64,000 bases of DNA from a bacterium (GTDB lineage Bacteria > Bacteroidota > Rhodothermia > Balneolales > M1805): positions 27,919 to 91,918 of the forward strand of contig SBGQ01000174.1 in NCBI GenBank assembly GCA_006226965.1, written 5' to 3'. Below the pieces are notes generated by a model. That model did not search any database. It had not been told where the DNA came from and saw only the letters and a program-made list of their open reading frames with translations. Shown here piece by piece: positions 6,958 through 18,000 of this stretch; positions within the stretch are counted from its first letter, which is position 1; every line of letters starts with the position of its first letter. Position numbers and translations under genes: made by a program.

Positions 6958-9900
6958 TTATTTAATCAACATTAATTTTTTTGTAACCACACCTTGTTTA
7001 CTGCTCAGTCTATAAAAGTACAAGCCTGATGCCAGATTTGATGCATTAAACTGTACTTGATGATATCCCGCATTTCGCATTCCGTTTACTAAGGTCTGCA
7101 CTAAACGACCTGTTACATCATAAATCTCTAGACTTACCTGATCTGCTTTCGGCAAAGAAAATTTTATGGTAGTACTTGGATTAAACGGGTTCGGATAGTT
7201 TTGAGCGAGTTCAAATTGTGCGGGAATCTGCGATTCGATGCTTGTGACTTCGCCACGTTTTATGCTTAACACGAAACGGTTTTCCATGGCTGTTTGACCC
7301 GTGATTTCAGGCTGTTTGCTCACATCAATGGCTTGCTTTTTGGAAACCGTGTTCGAAACAAAGCTGAGTTTGCCTTCACGGTTGATGAATGCTCCCGATT
7401 GTGTGTCGTGGAGTTCTACTTTCCAGTCTTGGGGCAAGTTTACATTCGAGATTGCCATTTCGTGTGTTCCCGAATACGTGCTGTTCACAAAAACCGGAAT
7501 TTCCACTTCGTTAAACTCTATCGGTAACTGATTGCTATCCAGTAATTTTCCGTCAGCGTCTTGGGTTGAGATTTGCACATAATCCCATGACAAAGGAACG
7601 AGTTTTAAAGCGTCGAGTGCGTCTTTTCCTTCGAGTCCATGTTCAGAGAATTCAACCCAGGCTTTGTTCGATTTACCTGATTCGGTATTAATCTGCAATT
7701 CAACCAAAAATTGATTTTTTGCCACTTCTTTGCCCAGAAATACCGAATTACCTTCCACTTTTGCTGATAATGGTACACTTAGTTCAGGAGAAGCATCCAT
7801 AGTTTCTACAAAAAAGCCATTGAACGGACCAATGAGCCCATTGGTGAGTCCGCCTGTGCTTCCATTCCAGGTTTTCCATTCGGATGCTGAATTATCCCAC
7901 ACATACACCGAGCCGGATAAATTGGGTTTACTCATCAAATCCCAATCGATGTTGGTGGAAAACGGATTTCCAACTAAGCTCCAGCCATTTGTATTTGGAT
8001 TGATGAAAGAATTCATATTCACATCTGCGCTTGGACTAAATCCATCGGCTCGTAGTGTTTTGGGGAATCCGGCATCGGTGGCATTGTCCGGTCCATCATC
8101 ATCGCTGTAGATGTAGGCTAAAATGCCTTGACCCGGAGTAAAGGTGCTGGCTGCATTGGTAAGCGGTGTCCACTGTGTAGAATCGCGGTTTCCGGAATTG
8201 ATCGGCCAGGTATAGACATTCGCTGCGCCTTGTTCGAACGCCGCGCCCGTAAAGCCTTGTGTCCACAGACCACGGAAAAACGAAGCGTACGAAGAATCGG
8301 CAACTGGCGAAGAAAGCAAGCGCCAGCCTTCGGTTCCTGTAAGACTCGCCGACTCGTTTTTGTAGTTCTGAATGGCATATTTCTCGAATAAATGTGTTTC
8401 TACTTGGTTTCGTTCTGCTGCGCTGAGTACCTTGTTGTAGATAATCACCTCTGCAATGTCTCCATAAAAGGTGAACGAATTATCAGCTCTCACACCCAAG
8501 TAAAGATGACCGGCCAAACTACTTCGGGCGCTTCCTGCGTGAGTGGTTTGCGTACGATTTACACTCATTACCCCTTCTGTATCCGACGCCCGCATATTAA
8601 ACACATGCGGCTTGGTATCGGTATAGTTTCCGGCAGTTCCCACATCCACATATTTTCCCGCATTGGGGATAAACCGCGCTCCAGCGGCTCCATTTAGATG
8701 CAACTCATATTGTTCCAGAGATTCGCTTCCAACCAGAAAATTAACAAAACTCGAATGGCTCACTCCCGATTGGGCAACTAGAAACAATTCGTAATCGGAA
8801 TTTTGAATTCCTAAATCCGCTGCGGTGGGAAGCGTTACATACGTGTCGGTTCCATTAAAACGCAATGCCGGCAAATGGTTGATGGCGCTATCCAACACAA
8901 CTGCTCGTCGCGCCAAATTATCCTGAAAAGCATTCTGATTGGCATCTGCCAAATTGCTCCATGTATTCACCGAATCGTTGGAAGTGATAAACCCAAGCCG
9001 TCCTGCATCCAGATGCAGTTTTAAATTTCCGGTGGGAATCGGACTTGGGAGTGTGGTAAAATTAGCGATTCGTGTAAATAACGGTTGATCTAGATAATCT
9101 GTAGAAAGAGACCCATCATTTAAGAAACCATTTCCAAAGGCTCCATAAGCTTTTGTTCCTTCTAAGACCCAGCCAAAACTTTGAACTGATCCATCCCCCA
9201 TTAATGCCAATCCATGATAAAGTTGTGCAGTAAAATCAATTACTTTTTTACCATCCAAATCGGAGCTTATCACCTGATAAGGAACCGTTCGATCTAGTAC
9301 TGGGCTTGTATTAAATCCCGCATATCTCACGGTTCCCCAGCTGAATAGTCTTCCGGATTCTGTACGTAACATTGAACTTTTAAATCCGGCTGAAATACTG
9401 AACACCCTTTCCCCATTGAGCATGGTATCAATAATTGCTGTGGGCGTTTTTACAATGGTTGAATTTTTATACCCGAGTCCCAATGCGCCATCAGAATTTT
9501 CACCCATAGCAAGTACTTGGTAATCTTCATTCAAAAACAGGAAGTGCGGAGAAATTACTGCACCTCCTCGATCTAAATATCCAATTGAGGCATCCAGAAT
9601 TTTCTTACCACCTACATTGATATGAGAAGCTAAAGTAGGCACATTCAAATCATTGGAGTTTCCAAAACCCATGTAATCATTGTTACCCTCTCCCCACATA
9701 TACACTGTTCCATCTGAAGCAATAGCAATACTCTGAAGTTGCCCTGCTACTACTTTCACAATGGATTTACCGGATAGATTCGCGGTTACCGGAGTAGGTA
9801 CAAACCGGTTTTGAAAATCTCCAACTCCCAATTGGCCACTTTCGTTATTTCCCATGGCAAAAACAGTTCCATCGTCTGCCAATAAGAGGGTATGACTATT

Positions 9901-11529
9901 ACTTTTATTTTCTACTTCTTGGTTAATAATACCATGAACTGAAACATCAACAATACGTTTTCCTGTCAGATTTGGATGTGTAATTAATGTAGGGATATAC
10001 ACATCAACACTATCCCCTAAACCCAGATTTCCGGAATTGCCCCTACCAAAACTAAATACTTTCCCTTCATCAGTGAGTAAATAGGTGTTGCTTCCACCGG
10101 CTTTAACATCCACGATCCGATGGCCCTCCAAATTACTATGCTCAAGTTTGGTCGGAACTGCTTTAATGGAATTAATATCCAGCAAAAAAAGGGGGAAACC
10201 GATTTGGTCAGAAGGAAAAAGTACATTAAAAGATTTTTCTATGTTCAGCAGAAAAACCTGACCATTTGTGCTTAGCAATAAGGCGATATTGCCATTTACC
10301 TCCATTCTGCTAATGGTTTCACCTTGCAAAAATGCCGTATTTATGGGTAGTGGTCGGGATAAAATGCCTGAATACCCCGTTCCTGCACCTATTCCTGAAC
10401 CATATAGAGTACCATCACTGGCGCGAAATAAAGAGAATTTTTCGCCAACTTTTGCTTCCACAATAGGTTTATTATCAAAATATGCGGCAGGGATTTTTGT
10501 CCAGGCTGTATCGGTATTTACAAAATCACCTTTACCTAAAACTCCGTTAGTAGCTTCCCCGACCACATATACAGAACCATCGGTTGTGGTAACTATGGTG
10601 CCTACAATGTTTGATAGACTTATCGTTGAAACACTGCTAATGGCTTTCCCTTCCAGGCTTGAATGGGTTACCGGTGCCGGAAACAGCAGGTCTGAACTCA
10701 AGGTACCCATGCCTAAACTTTCTCGAAAATTGCCAACCGAAAACAAGGTACCATCGGTAGTTAGGATTCTATGTACCCCCTGTGCGAGTGCCATATCTTT
10801 AATGGTTTTACCTGCAAAATATGACATAGGCATAGCCACAGGAATGGTTTGTGAAATAGTACTACCAATCCCAATCTGTCCGTTTGAATTTTCCCCAAAG
10901 GCGTACAAGGTATTGGCATCGGTGAGCAACAGCCTTGCATTGTCACTTCTGCCCATTTTTACCACTTTTTCCCCGTTCAGATTCGTAAGATTTAACGGGG
11001 TTATATGCGTCACTGTGCTTACTGATAGACTGGTACCTAGATATGCGTTGTTATTTTTTCCGGCCCCAAAAACGGTCCCGTTATCAGAGAGAAAGAAGGA
11101 AAAATCATCCCCTGCCAAAACCTGAATAATGTTGGCGGTATCTAACGCCGCATCGTTAAGTTGAAACAGTTCATCGAAATATTCACCTGTATAATTGATA
11201 CCGAATGGATTCTCGCTACCTCTTCCCGTTCCATATACGGCCCCATCGCTGGTTAGAAACAAAATGTGTGTGCTGGATATTGAGAAATCAACTACCGTTT
11301 TGCCAATTAACAGCGGATGGTTTATCGGACAGGCAAGATCCAAACGTTTATCGCCACCGTGACCAATCTCACCGTACAATCCAGCCCCAAAAGTATAGAC
11401 ATCATTATTTTCGTCGAGCACAACGCTATGGTAGGCGCCAACGGCAATTTTGGCTTTGTTGGTTTGCCCCAAGGCGGTTTGGAAGAGAAAAAGAACAAAC
11501 AAACAAATGTTAGTTACAATTCGAATCAT
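6958..11529 (-). CDS. Giant secreted T9SS cargo protein (1523 aa): N-terminal RCC1-like beta-propeller repeats, LamG-like domain, conserved C-terminal module, T9SS CTD
   Basis: Signal peptide (TALG|Q). Many RCC1-type motifs are present (GAGLYGEIGHGG, GENSNGQIGIGS, GRGNSGNLGLGD, GNNESGQLGVGD, GENSDGALGLG). LamG signature YGDIAEVIIYNKVLSAAERNQVETHLFEKYAI. The C-terminus is NYPNPFNPSTTIKFSL...GLYFYRLSS...LMLIK. Confidence 0.85.
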   Translation of the reverse strand: MIRIVTNICLFVLFLFQTALGQTNKAKIAVGAYHSVVLDENNDVYTFGAGLYGEIGHGGDKRLDLACPINHPLLIGKTVVDFSISSTHILFLTSDGAVYGTGRGSENPFGINYTGEYFDELFQLNDAALDTANIIQVLAGDDFSFFLSDNGTVFGAGKNNNAYLGTSLSVSTVTHITPLNLTNLNGEKVVKMGRSDNARLLLTDANTLYAFGENSNGQIGIGSTISQTIPVAMPMSYFAGKTIKDMALAQGVHRILTTDGTLFSVGNFRESLGMGTLSSDLLFPAPVTHSSLEGKAISSVSTISLSNIVGTIVTTTDGSVYVVGEATNGVLGKGDFVNTDTAWTKIPAAYFDNKPIVEAKVGEKFSLFRASDGTLYGSGIGAGTGYSGILSRPLPINTAFLQGETISRMEVNGNIALLLSTNGQVFLLNIEKSFNVLFPSDQIGFPLFLLDINSIKAVPTKLEHSNLEGHRIVDVKAGGSNTYLLTDEGKVFSFGRGNSGNLGLGDSVDVYIPTLITHPNLTGKRIVDVSVHGIINQEVENKSNSHTLLLADDGTVFAMGNNESGQLGVGDFQNRFVPTPVTANLSGKSIVKVVAGQLQSIAIASDGTVYMWGEGNNDYMGFGNSNDLNVPTLASHINVGGKKILDASIGYLDRGGAVISPHFLFLNEDYQVLAMGENSDGALGLGYKNSTIVKTPTAIIDTMLNGERVFSISAGFKSSMLRTESGRLFSWGTVRYAGFNTSPVLDRTVPYQVISSDLDGKKVIDFTAQLYHGLALMGDGSVQSFGWVLEGTKAYGAFGNGFLNDGSLSTDYLDQPLFTRIANFTTLPSPIPTGNLKLHLDAGRLGFITSNDSVNTWSNLADANQNAFQDNLARRAVVLDSAINHLPALRFNGTDTYVTLPTAADLGIQNSDYELFLVAQSGVSHSSFVNFLVGSESLEQYELHLNGAAGARFIPNAGKYVDVGTAGNYTDTKPHVFNMRASDTEGVMSVNRTQTTHAGSARSSLAGHLYLGVRADNSFTFYGDIAEVIIYNKVLSAAERNQVETHLFEKYAIQNYKNESASLTGTEGWRLLSSPVADSSYASFFRGLWTQGFTGAAFEQGAANVYTWPINSGNRDSTQWTPLTNAASTFTPGQGILAYIYSDDDGPDNATDAGFPKTLRADGFSPSADVNMNSFINPNTNGWSLVGNPFSTNIDWDLMSKPNLSGSVYVWDNSASEWKTWNGSTGGLTNGLIGPFNGFFVETMDASPELSVPLSAKVEGNSVFLGKEVAKNQFLVELQINTESGKSNKAWVEFSEHGLEGKDALDALKLVPLSWDYVQISTQDADGKLLDSNQLPIEFNEVEIPVFVNSTYSGTHEMAISNVNLPQDWKVELHDTQSGAFINREGKLSFVSNTVSKKQAIDVSKQPEITGQTAMENRFVLSIKRGEVTSIESQIPAQFELAQNYPNPFNPSTTIKFSLPKADQVSLEIYDVTGRLVQTLVNGMRNAGYHQVQFNASNLASGLYFYRLSSKQGVVTKKLMLIK

Positions 11530-11594
11530 AGTTACGTTAGCTATTAGTTACAATAAATCGGTACTTAACAAAAAAGTACACAAAAACCACCTGC

Positions 11595-11629
11595 GCAAAC
11601 TGTTTAATTATCTGCGTGAACTGTTCAAA
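11595..11629 (-). promoter_or_regulatory. Degenerate copy of the conserved upstream motif (sense: TTTGAACAGTTCACGCAGATAATTAAACAGTTTGC)
   Basis: It shares the CGCAGATAATT core and the GTTTGC tail with copies at 6873 and 21841. It lies upstream of the 1523-aa gene. Confidence 0.3.
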
Positions 11630-11820
11630 TTCGTACAAACGGCTTAATCTTTAACTTTTAATCAACTACTCCTATATGATTCAAAAGCATAAGGTGTAAA
11701 TAAACAAGACTTCAGTTGCAGTAGTCCTTATACCGTACTCAATTTACTCGAAATCGGATTGAATTTCATGTGACAAAATATTTACTAAACTGAGTCGTCT
11801 TGGGCATCAAGTTTACATGA

Positions 11821-11991
11821 TTACTTTTTCGATTTTAGCTTTTTGAGCGCATAACCTGCGCCGGCGATTGAAAGCACAGCGATTCCGCCATCTATAGGCG
11901 CCTGAGACGGTGCTTGTGGCATTCCCGGTGGTTGTGCGAATAGAATTTTGGGGGATACAAGTAGAAATATGGTGAGTAAAAAGGTTTTCAT
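11821..11991 (-). CDS. 56-aa mini-protein, paralog of 1781-1987 (signal peptide + QPPGMPQAPSQAPIDGG + TM helix + basic tail). Absent from the ORF track because it is under 60 aa
   Basis: My own translation gives MKTFLLTIFLLVSPKILFA|QPPGMPQAPSQAPIDGGIAVLSIAGAGYALKKLKSKK*. The 18-aa core is identical to the 68-aa ORF and about 45 nt are nearly identical at DNA level. It lies 95 nt downstream of the 3232-aa gene on the same strand. Confidence 0.6.
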   Translation of the reverse strand: MKTFLLTIFLLVSPKILFAQPPGMPQAPSQAPIDGGIAVLSIAGAGYALKKLKSKK

Positions 11992-12086
11992 AGAATTCGG
12001 TGGTTTAAGTTTCGTGTGATTGTTGTGCTCGTTTGATAATTGGTTCGGGATCGGTTATGCCTATTGCTTAAACCCAACACCTTTTT

Positions 12087-15000
12087 CTACTTTATCAGCA
12101 TCAACTTTTTTGTAACCACACCTTGTTTACTGCTCAGTCGGTAAAAATACAATCCCGAAGCTAATCCCGATGCATTGAACTGTACCTGATGATACCCCGC
12201 ATTTCGCATTCCGTTCACTAAGGTCTGCACTAAACGACCCGTTACATCATAAATCTCTAGACTTACCTGATCTGCTTTCGGCAAAGAAAATTTTATGGTA
12301 GTACTTGGATTAAACGGGTTCGGATAGTTTTGTGAAAGTCCAAACTCTGTGGGAATTTCATTTTCAATCGAGGAAACCAGATTATTTTTGATTCTCAATA
12401 TAAAACGTGATTCAGATGTGCTTTGACTTTGAATTTCCGGCTTATTAGAGTTTTCTGATTGAGATTTCTTAACTGAAACTGCGTAATCAAATGTAATCAC
12501 ATCATCCATTGCATACTCCACACCTGATTGTGTATCAAACCAACGAATAGTCCAATGCTCCGGAACAGAAGGCGCTTGCAATGATAATTGATGTGTTCCA
12601 TTGAATGTACTGTTTACATGAACAGGAATATCCAATTGGCTGAATTCCAATGGCAGTGTATTGATATCCAATAACTTACCATTTTCCAACTGTGTAGAAA
12701 CCTGAACATATTCAGATGTTAGCGGAACAAGTTTAATTGCATCAAAACGGTCTTTATTTAACAAACCTTCATTTGAAAATTCTATCCAGCTTTCATTTTC
12801 TAAACCTTGGTTGTTTTTTACTTGCAATGAAAGGGCAACGATTTCTTTCGTATTTGATTCGTTCTGAGAACTTGTGTTTGCTTTCCCTAAGAAAATAGCA
12901 TCGCTTGTTACTTTAGCCGTTTCCGATATGCTTAGTGTTGGCGAACTTGCCGAGGTTTCAACAAAAAAACCATTAAAAGAACCAATAATACCATCGCTAA
13001 GCGTACCGACAGAACCATTCCATGTTTTCCATGTTGATGCGCTGTTATCCCATACATAAACGGCTTCTGTTACATTCGTTTTGTTCACTAAATCCCAATC
13101 AATATTGGTATTAAACGGATTTCCAAGAAGAGTCCAACCGCCTGCATTCGGATTTAATAAGGAATTCAGATTTACATCTCCATAAGGTGTAAACCCGTCT
13201 ATTTGAAGTGTTTTGGGGAAACCCGCATCGCCTTCTACTTCCGAACCATTATCATCGCTAAACACATAAACCAAGGCTCCGCTTCCACGCTGGAAACTTG
13301 ACGCTGCGTTTGATAAAGGTACCCAGTTTGTAGAATCTCGATCGCTACCGTTAATTGGCCATGTGTACACATTTGAAAAACCATTCGGTACCGTTGCGCC
13401 TGTAAAACCTTGTGTCCAAATGCCATCGAAGAACGATGCGTAAGTCGAATCTACAACGGGTGTTGATACCAATCTCCAGCCTTCTGTTCCTGTAAAGGTG
13501 AGTTCATTGGAAATGGTTTGATTCATAGGAATTGTTGAATTTTTCCAATTGGAACCGGAATCATAATTGAAGTTTGACATCGACGCCGACAAATCATTTT
13601 GATTTTCTGATGTAAGCGTCCCGCCGCCTTCATTAAACTGGAAGTATGCGACTAAATCAGGATAATAATCATCGCTTAAGCTACTGTTTTTATTGTCTGA
13701 TATTTCTTGTTGTGTTCTCGCAGAATTCCAAATTCTGAACTCATCAATTTCACCTGCAAAATGTAAGTTTTGAGATACTTGTCTACGACCAATATTCACA
13801 GGATTATTTGTTACCATAATGGCTTGAGCTAAAGAGCCGGAAGTGGCTCCCGTAGCATCAACTCCGTTAATGTAGATTTTCCCTAAGGATTGAGAGGGGT
13901 CATAAACCGCAGCAAAATGAGTCCATTCTCCGGGCGTAAATGCTTCTGCAGGAGTATCTATATACACGCCGTATCTTGGAATAAAACGAATCCCGTTCGA
14001 GCCCATTCCGAGATGAACTTCCCATTCTTCACTCCCTCTTGATACAACAAACTCAACTGCACTTCCGCTATGACTCCATTTAAACCAAAACTCCATAGTA
14101 AGCTTGTTTATAGTAAAAGCAGAGTTATATGGAATTGAGAGAAAATCATTTGTTCCGTCGAATAGAATTGAGCTACCTGCAAAATCATCGAATCCAACCG
14201 TAAAATCACGCGCAATCATAAACTGACCAAATTGTGAGAGGGTATCAAATGTAACTGTATTTGATGTGGTAGAATTTGCAGAAGAACGTATTTCCTGCCA
14301 GTTACCAACCGACCCAAAATCTCTACGATATAATGTGAATTGAGTCGGATGTACCTCGCCGAATTTCATTAAAGATTCAGGAACTGTAAATGTTAATGAC
14401 GCTTTGTACGCACCTGCATTTCCGGCTTCATATACAACCCAATATTGATTATTCAAATTAATTGTATTCCCGGATGGAATCAGATTGGGTTCTACAGTAA
14501 ACCGTTTTGTTAATACAGAAACCGTGTTATCAAAATCTTCTGTTATTGTGATGTTTAAGTCGGACGCGTTTAAACTGCCTGATGTTAAATCGGTAAAAGC
14601 TGCGTAATCACCCTGTCCGAATGGAATAGCAGAGTCTCGCCATCCGTTTGTGCCATTAAACTCCATATTTTCTAAAACAGCATTCGTCCCTGAAATCGGA
14701 TCTACAGTAGTAGTTCCACTGCCTTCATTGAATTGTAAGTTCACCAATAAGTTTTCAAAACCTGAACTTATGTTCGTAAACATACCGCTTCGAATTTCTT
14801 CTACTGTTCTGATGTCATTCCAAAAACGAAATTCATCTATTTGACCCTCAAAACATAGAGCGTAACTTTTTCTGGCGCCTAATAACAAATCTAAACCTGT
14901 ATTTCTTAGTGCCGTTGTAAGCGGATTGCTTCCATTATTTGTAAGAGCTACTTCATTTCCGTTTATTACCATTCTTGCAAACGATTCATCAGGATTGTAA

Positions 15001-18000
15001 GAAACGGCGATATGGTTCCATTTTCCGAATTCAAATACATTTGCCGGCGAATCCAAATACACACCGACTGTTGGTATAAAACGAATAGATTTGTTTGAAT
15101 TAATAAGGTGAATTTCCAACTCCTCGCCGTCCATAGCGGTTAGAAACGGCACATCTGTTACTCCGGCTGTCGGGTTAAACCATAGTTCTAAGGTAAACTT
15201 ATCAACTATAAATTCCGGATTATGAGCTATTCGGACACCTTCGTCAGCGCCTCCAATAGCTATTGCTGATGATGCCGAATTAGTAGGAACTGATGTTAAC
15301 GTTTTTGTTGAAAATGTGAGTGGAGTAGTGGTTAAATAATCTTTCTCATAAACACCATTATACTCAAAAACGGCAATATTATATGTTGTTCCCGGTGTCA
15401 AGCCTGTTAAATAAATCGTAGAGTCTGAAACTACGGGAATAGCATAATTTCCTGTTCCTAATTGTTCCCCGCTGCCGAATACACTATTGGGTGAATAGAT
15501 ATTTCCATCAACCGGAACTGCATCCACAGCAGTAGTAGCTTTTGCAAGTACAAATCTTTTACTACCATTTCCTTTGTGAACGCTAAATCCTAGTGAATTT
15601 GTTGTTTTTGATATTACTTGCGGCGATGAAGCTTGAATAGTTGGTTCAGAAACATTGACTAAGTCTATTGCATATTTTCCAGAGAGATAGGCATTTATCG
15701 TGTTTCTTGTCGATATATCAAGAGCTTTATTGTAAACGATTACTTCAGCAATATCTCCATCATAGTAGAATGAACCTCCGGTTCGAGTTCCTAAAATAGG
15801 ATCACTCACATTTGCTGATCGTGTACTACTATTTAGCAAGCCTACCAATTCGTTATTAACCCGAATACTTCCTAATGCATCAGTTGATTGCACATTGATA
15901 ATCCTTGCCGTTCCATCTGTGTATTGGGTACTGCTGCCTGCATCAACATATTTGTCTCCAGTTGAAATAAACCGAACTCCGGAAGACCCGTTTAGTTGGA
16001 TTTCCTTGTGTCCTACTCCTGCGCTCCATACAAATTGAATGGCATCTGATGCAGATTTTAATACGATAAACAGTTCATAATCTGAATCTGTAATTCCGAG
16101 ATTTTCGGGATTTAAGGAAGCCAAATACTGATTAATTCCATTAAAACGTATCACCGGCTGGGAATTTATACCCTCTTGAACGACTACCGGTTGATTTGGA
16201 ATTCCTGTTTGTACAAAATCATTTTCAATAGAAGTTCCGTCTAACCAAGCTGCTACTGAACTTCCTGTACTTATTGTTAGGCCACGCCCGGCAGATAACC
16301 ACAACTTCAAACTATCTGAAGGGACAGATTCATCGTGCATAATGCGTCGTAAGTCTGAGGTATAAACCCCTTGAGCAAAAGAAACTTCAATTTTGTAAAA
16401 CAGAAAGTTTGTCAAATCAACTGAGTTTATCGTTTCATTAACTGTAATCTGAGCGATGCTTCCATCGAAGTTTTGCGATGAAGTTACTGATGAAAGATTA
16501 GAAGCATTTGCACCGTAAATCACACGATACGTGCCGCTCAGACCAAAACTTTCAAACTGCGCATGTAAGTCGAAAGAAGTCTCTGAAATATTACTTTCAT
16601 CCGATACGGTTATTAAAGATGATGCGATGTCTGAATAATCGTAGAAATCGGCCTCATTGGACGCAACGTTCGCATTAGCAGCTGTTCCAAACGTGTTATT
16701 AGATAAAATAACAACACCGTTTGCGTTAAAAATTGCACCTCCATAACTCTTCCCATTGTTTATTTCTGTATTCTGGCCACCAATACCGCCAATTGCAGTA
16801 TTTCGATTAAATACTGAGTTTTGAATAAATACTTGGCCTGAACGATTGAATACGGCTCCACCCATTCCGGCACCACCACCACCATAATTTGTTGAACCGG
16901 AATAAGTTGCACTTCCACCGCCAAACGCACTTACTCCCGGTGTTCGTTCTAACCAAATTCCATTTGGTTCCGCCGCCGCGCCGCCGCCGCCGCCAAATCC
17001 ACCGTTTCCACCATTAATAGGATCACTTTGTTGAGTTACAACTGCTCCGGAACCGCCACCAGCTGCAAACCCCCCATGTCCCCCATTTGGCCTTCCCGAA
17101 TTACCTCCGGCACCAACACCACCACTTTCTCCTAATTCCACTCCAGGATTTCCACCCAAATACCCGGAGTATCCTCCGTTACTGTTTAGAGCATCAGAAG
17201 CAAAACCACCGCCTTGACCAGAACCTCCACCAGCTGAATAGGATGCGCCTCCTTGTACCGTATTGTCTTCAAATAACATATTGTTAAGCGTCACATTTCC
17301 ATCATTTACAAAAATGGCCGCACCCATTCCGGCGCCCCCTCCACCTATGGAGTATGCATTTCCGCCTTTTCCATATCCATTAGTGACTGCCAAACCCTGC
17401 ATTGTTACTGTCGGAGCTGCAGGAATTTCAGGAGTAAAAGGAGTAAGCCCAGAGCCAATGAAAAACGGACGATATAAATTATTTCCACTTATAGTTAGAG
17501 AACCAGACCCCGGACCATTTATTTGCATATCATAATTGATAGCAGGTAAATCAGATGTGAGAGTAATTGTGCCACTAATTTTAGACATATCAACCACAGT
17601 AGTAGCTTCCGGTGCAGCTGTGTTGATGGTGTTCAACACATAACGAAGACTCCCGTATTGTCCCGAACCTACATTATCATCTAAGGTATTTGTTACAAAG
17701 TAATAGGGTAAAGTAACTGCATATTTTGCCGCCAAATAATGCTCAACATGAGCTAGTTCTAATTCTGTTAATTCAGCATTATAAATTAAGACTTCTGCAA
17801 TATCGCCATCAAAATAATACGTACCATCTCTACGAGCTCCCAAAATTAGATTCCCGGATGCATTTACCAAGGCATTTGAATTACCCGTAACACTGTTCCC
17901 GTCAATTCGCAACCCACCCGAACTTGAAGTCGCTTTTGCATTAATGATATGGAACTCACCGTCTGTGGAGTTTATCGGATTATCTATGTAATAACCTGAT

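Noticed and set aside
8118-8391. Pair of overlapping 86- and 87-aa ORFs, on the minus strand (alternative frame) and the plus strand, within the 1523-aa gene
   Set aside because: Both lie in a locally GC-richer part of the LamG-module coding region. They are Arg-rich translations typical of off-frame reading, with no signals of their own.
10268-11125. 285-aa ORF on the plus strand inside the RCC1 giant gene
   Set aside because: It is entirely antisense to a 1523-aa ORF that has clear repeat and domain signatures. Its translation is low-complexity (Pro/Ser/Val rich) with no motif, which is the typical shadow ORF of a long gene.
16680-17710. Interpretation of the Pmp-repeat giant as an autotransporter (type V secretion)
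   Set aside because: The protein ends in a T9SS C-terminal sorting domain, not a beta-barrel translocator. No C-terminal aromatic-terminated barrel is present.
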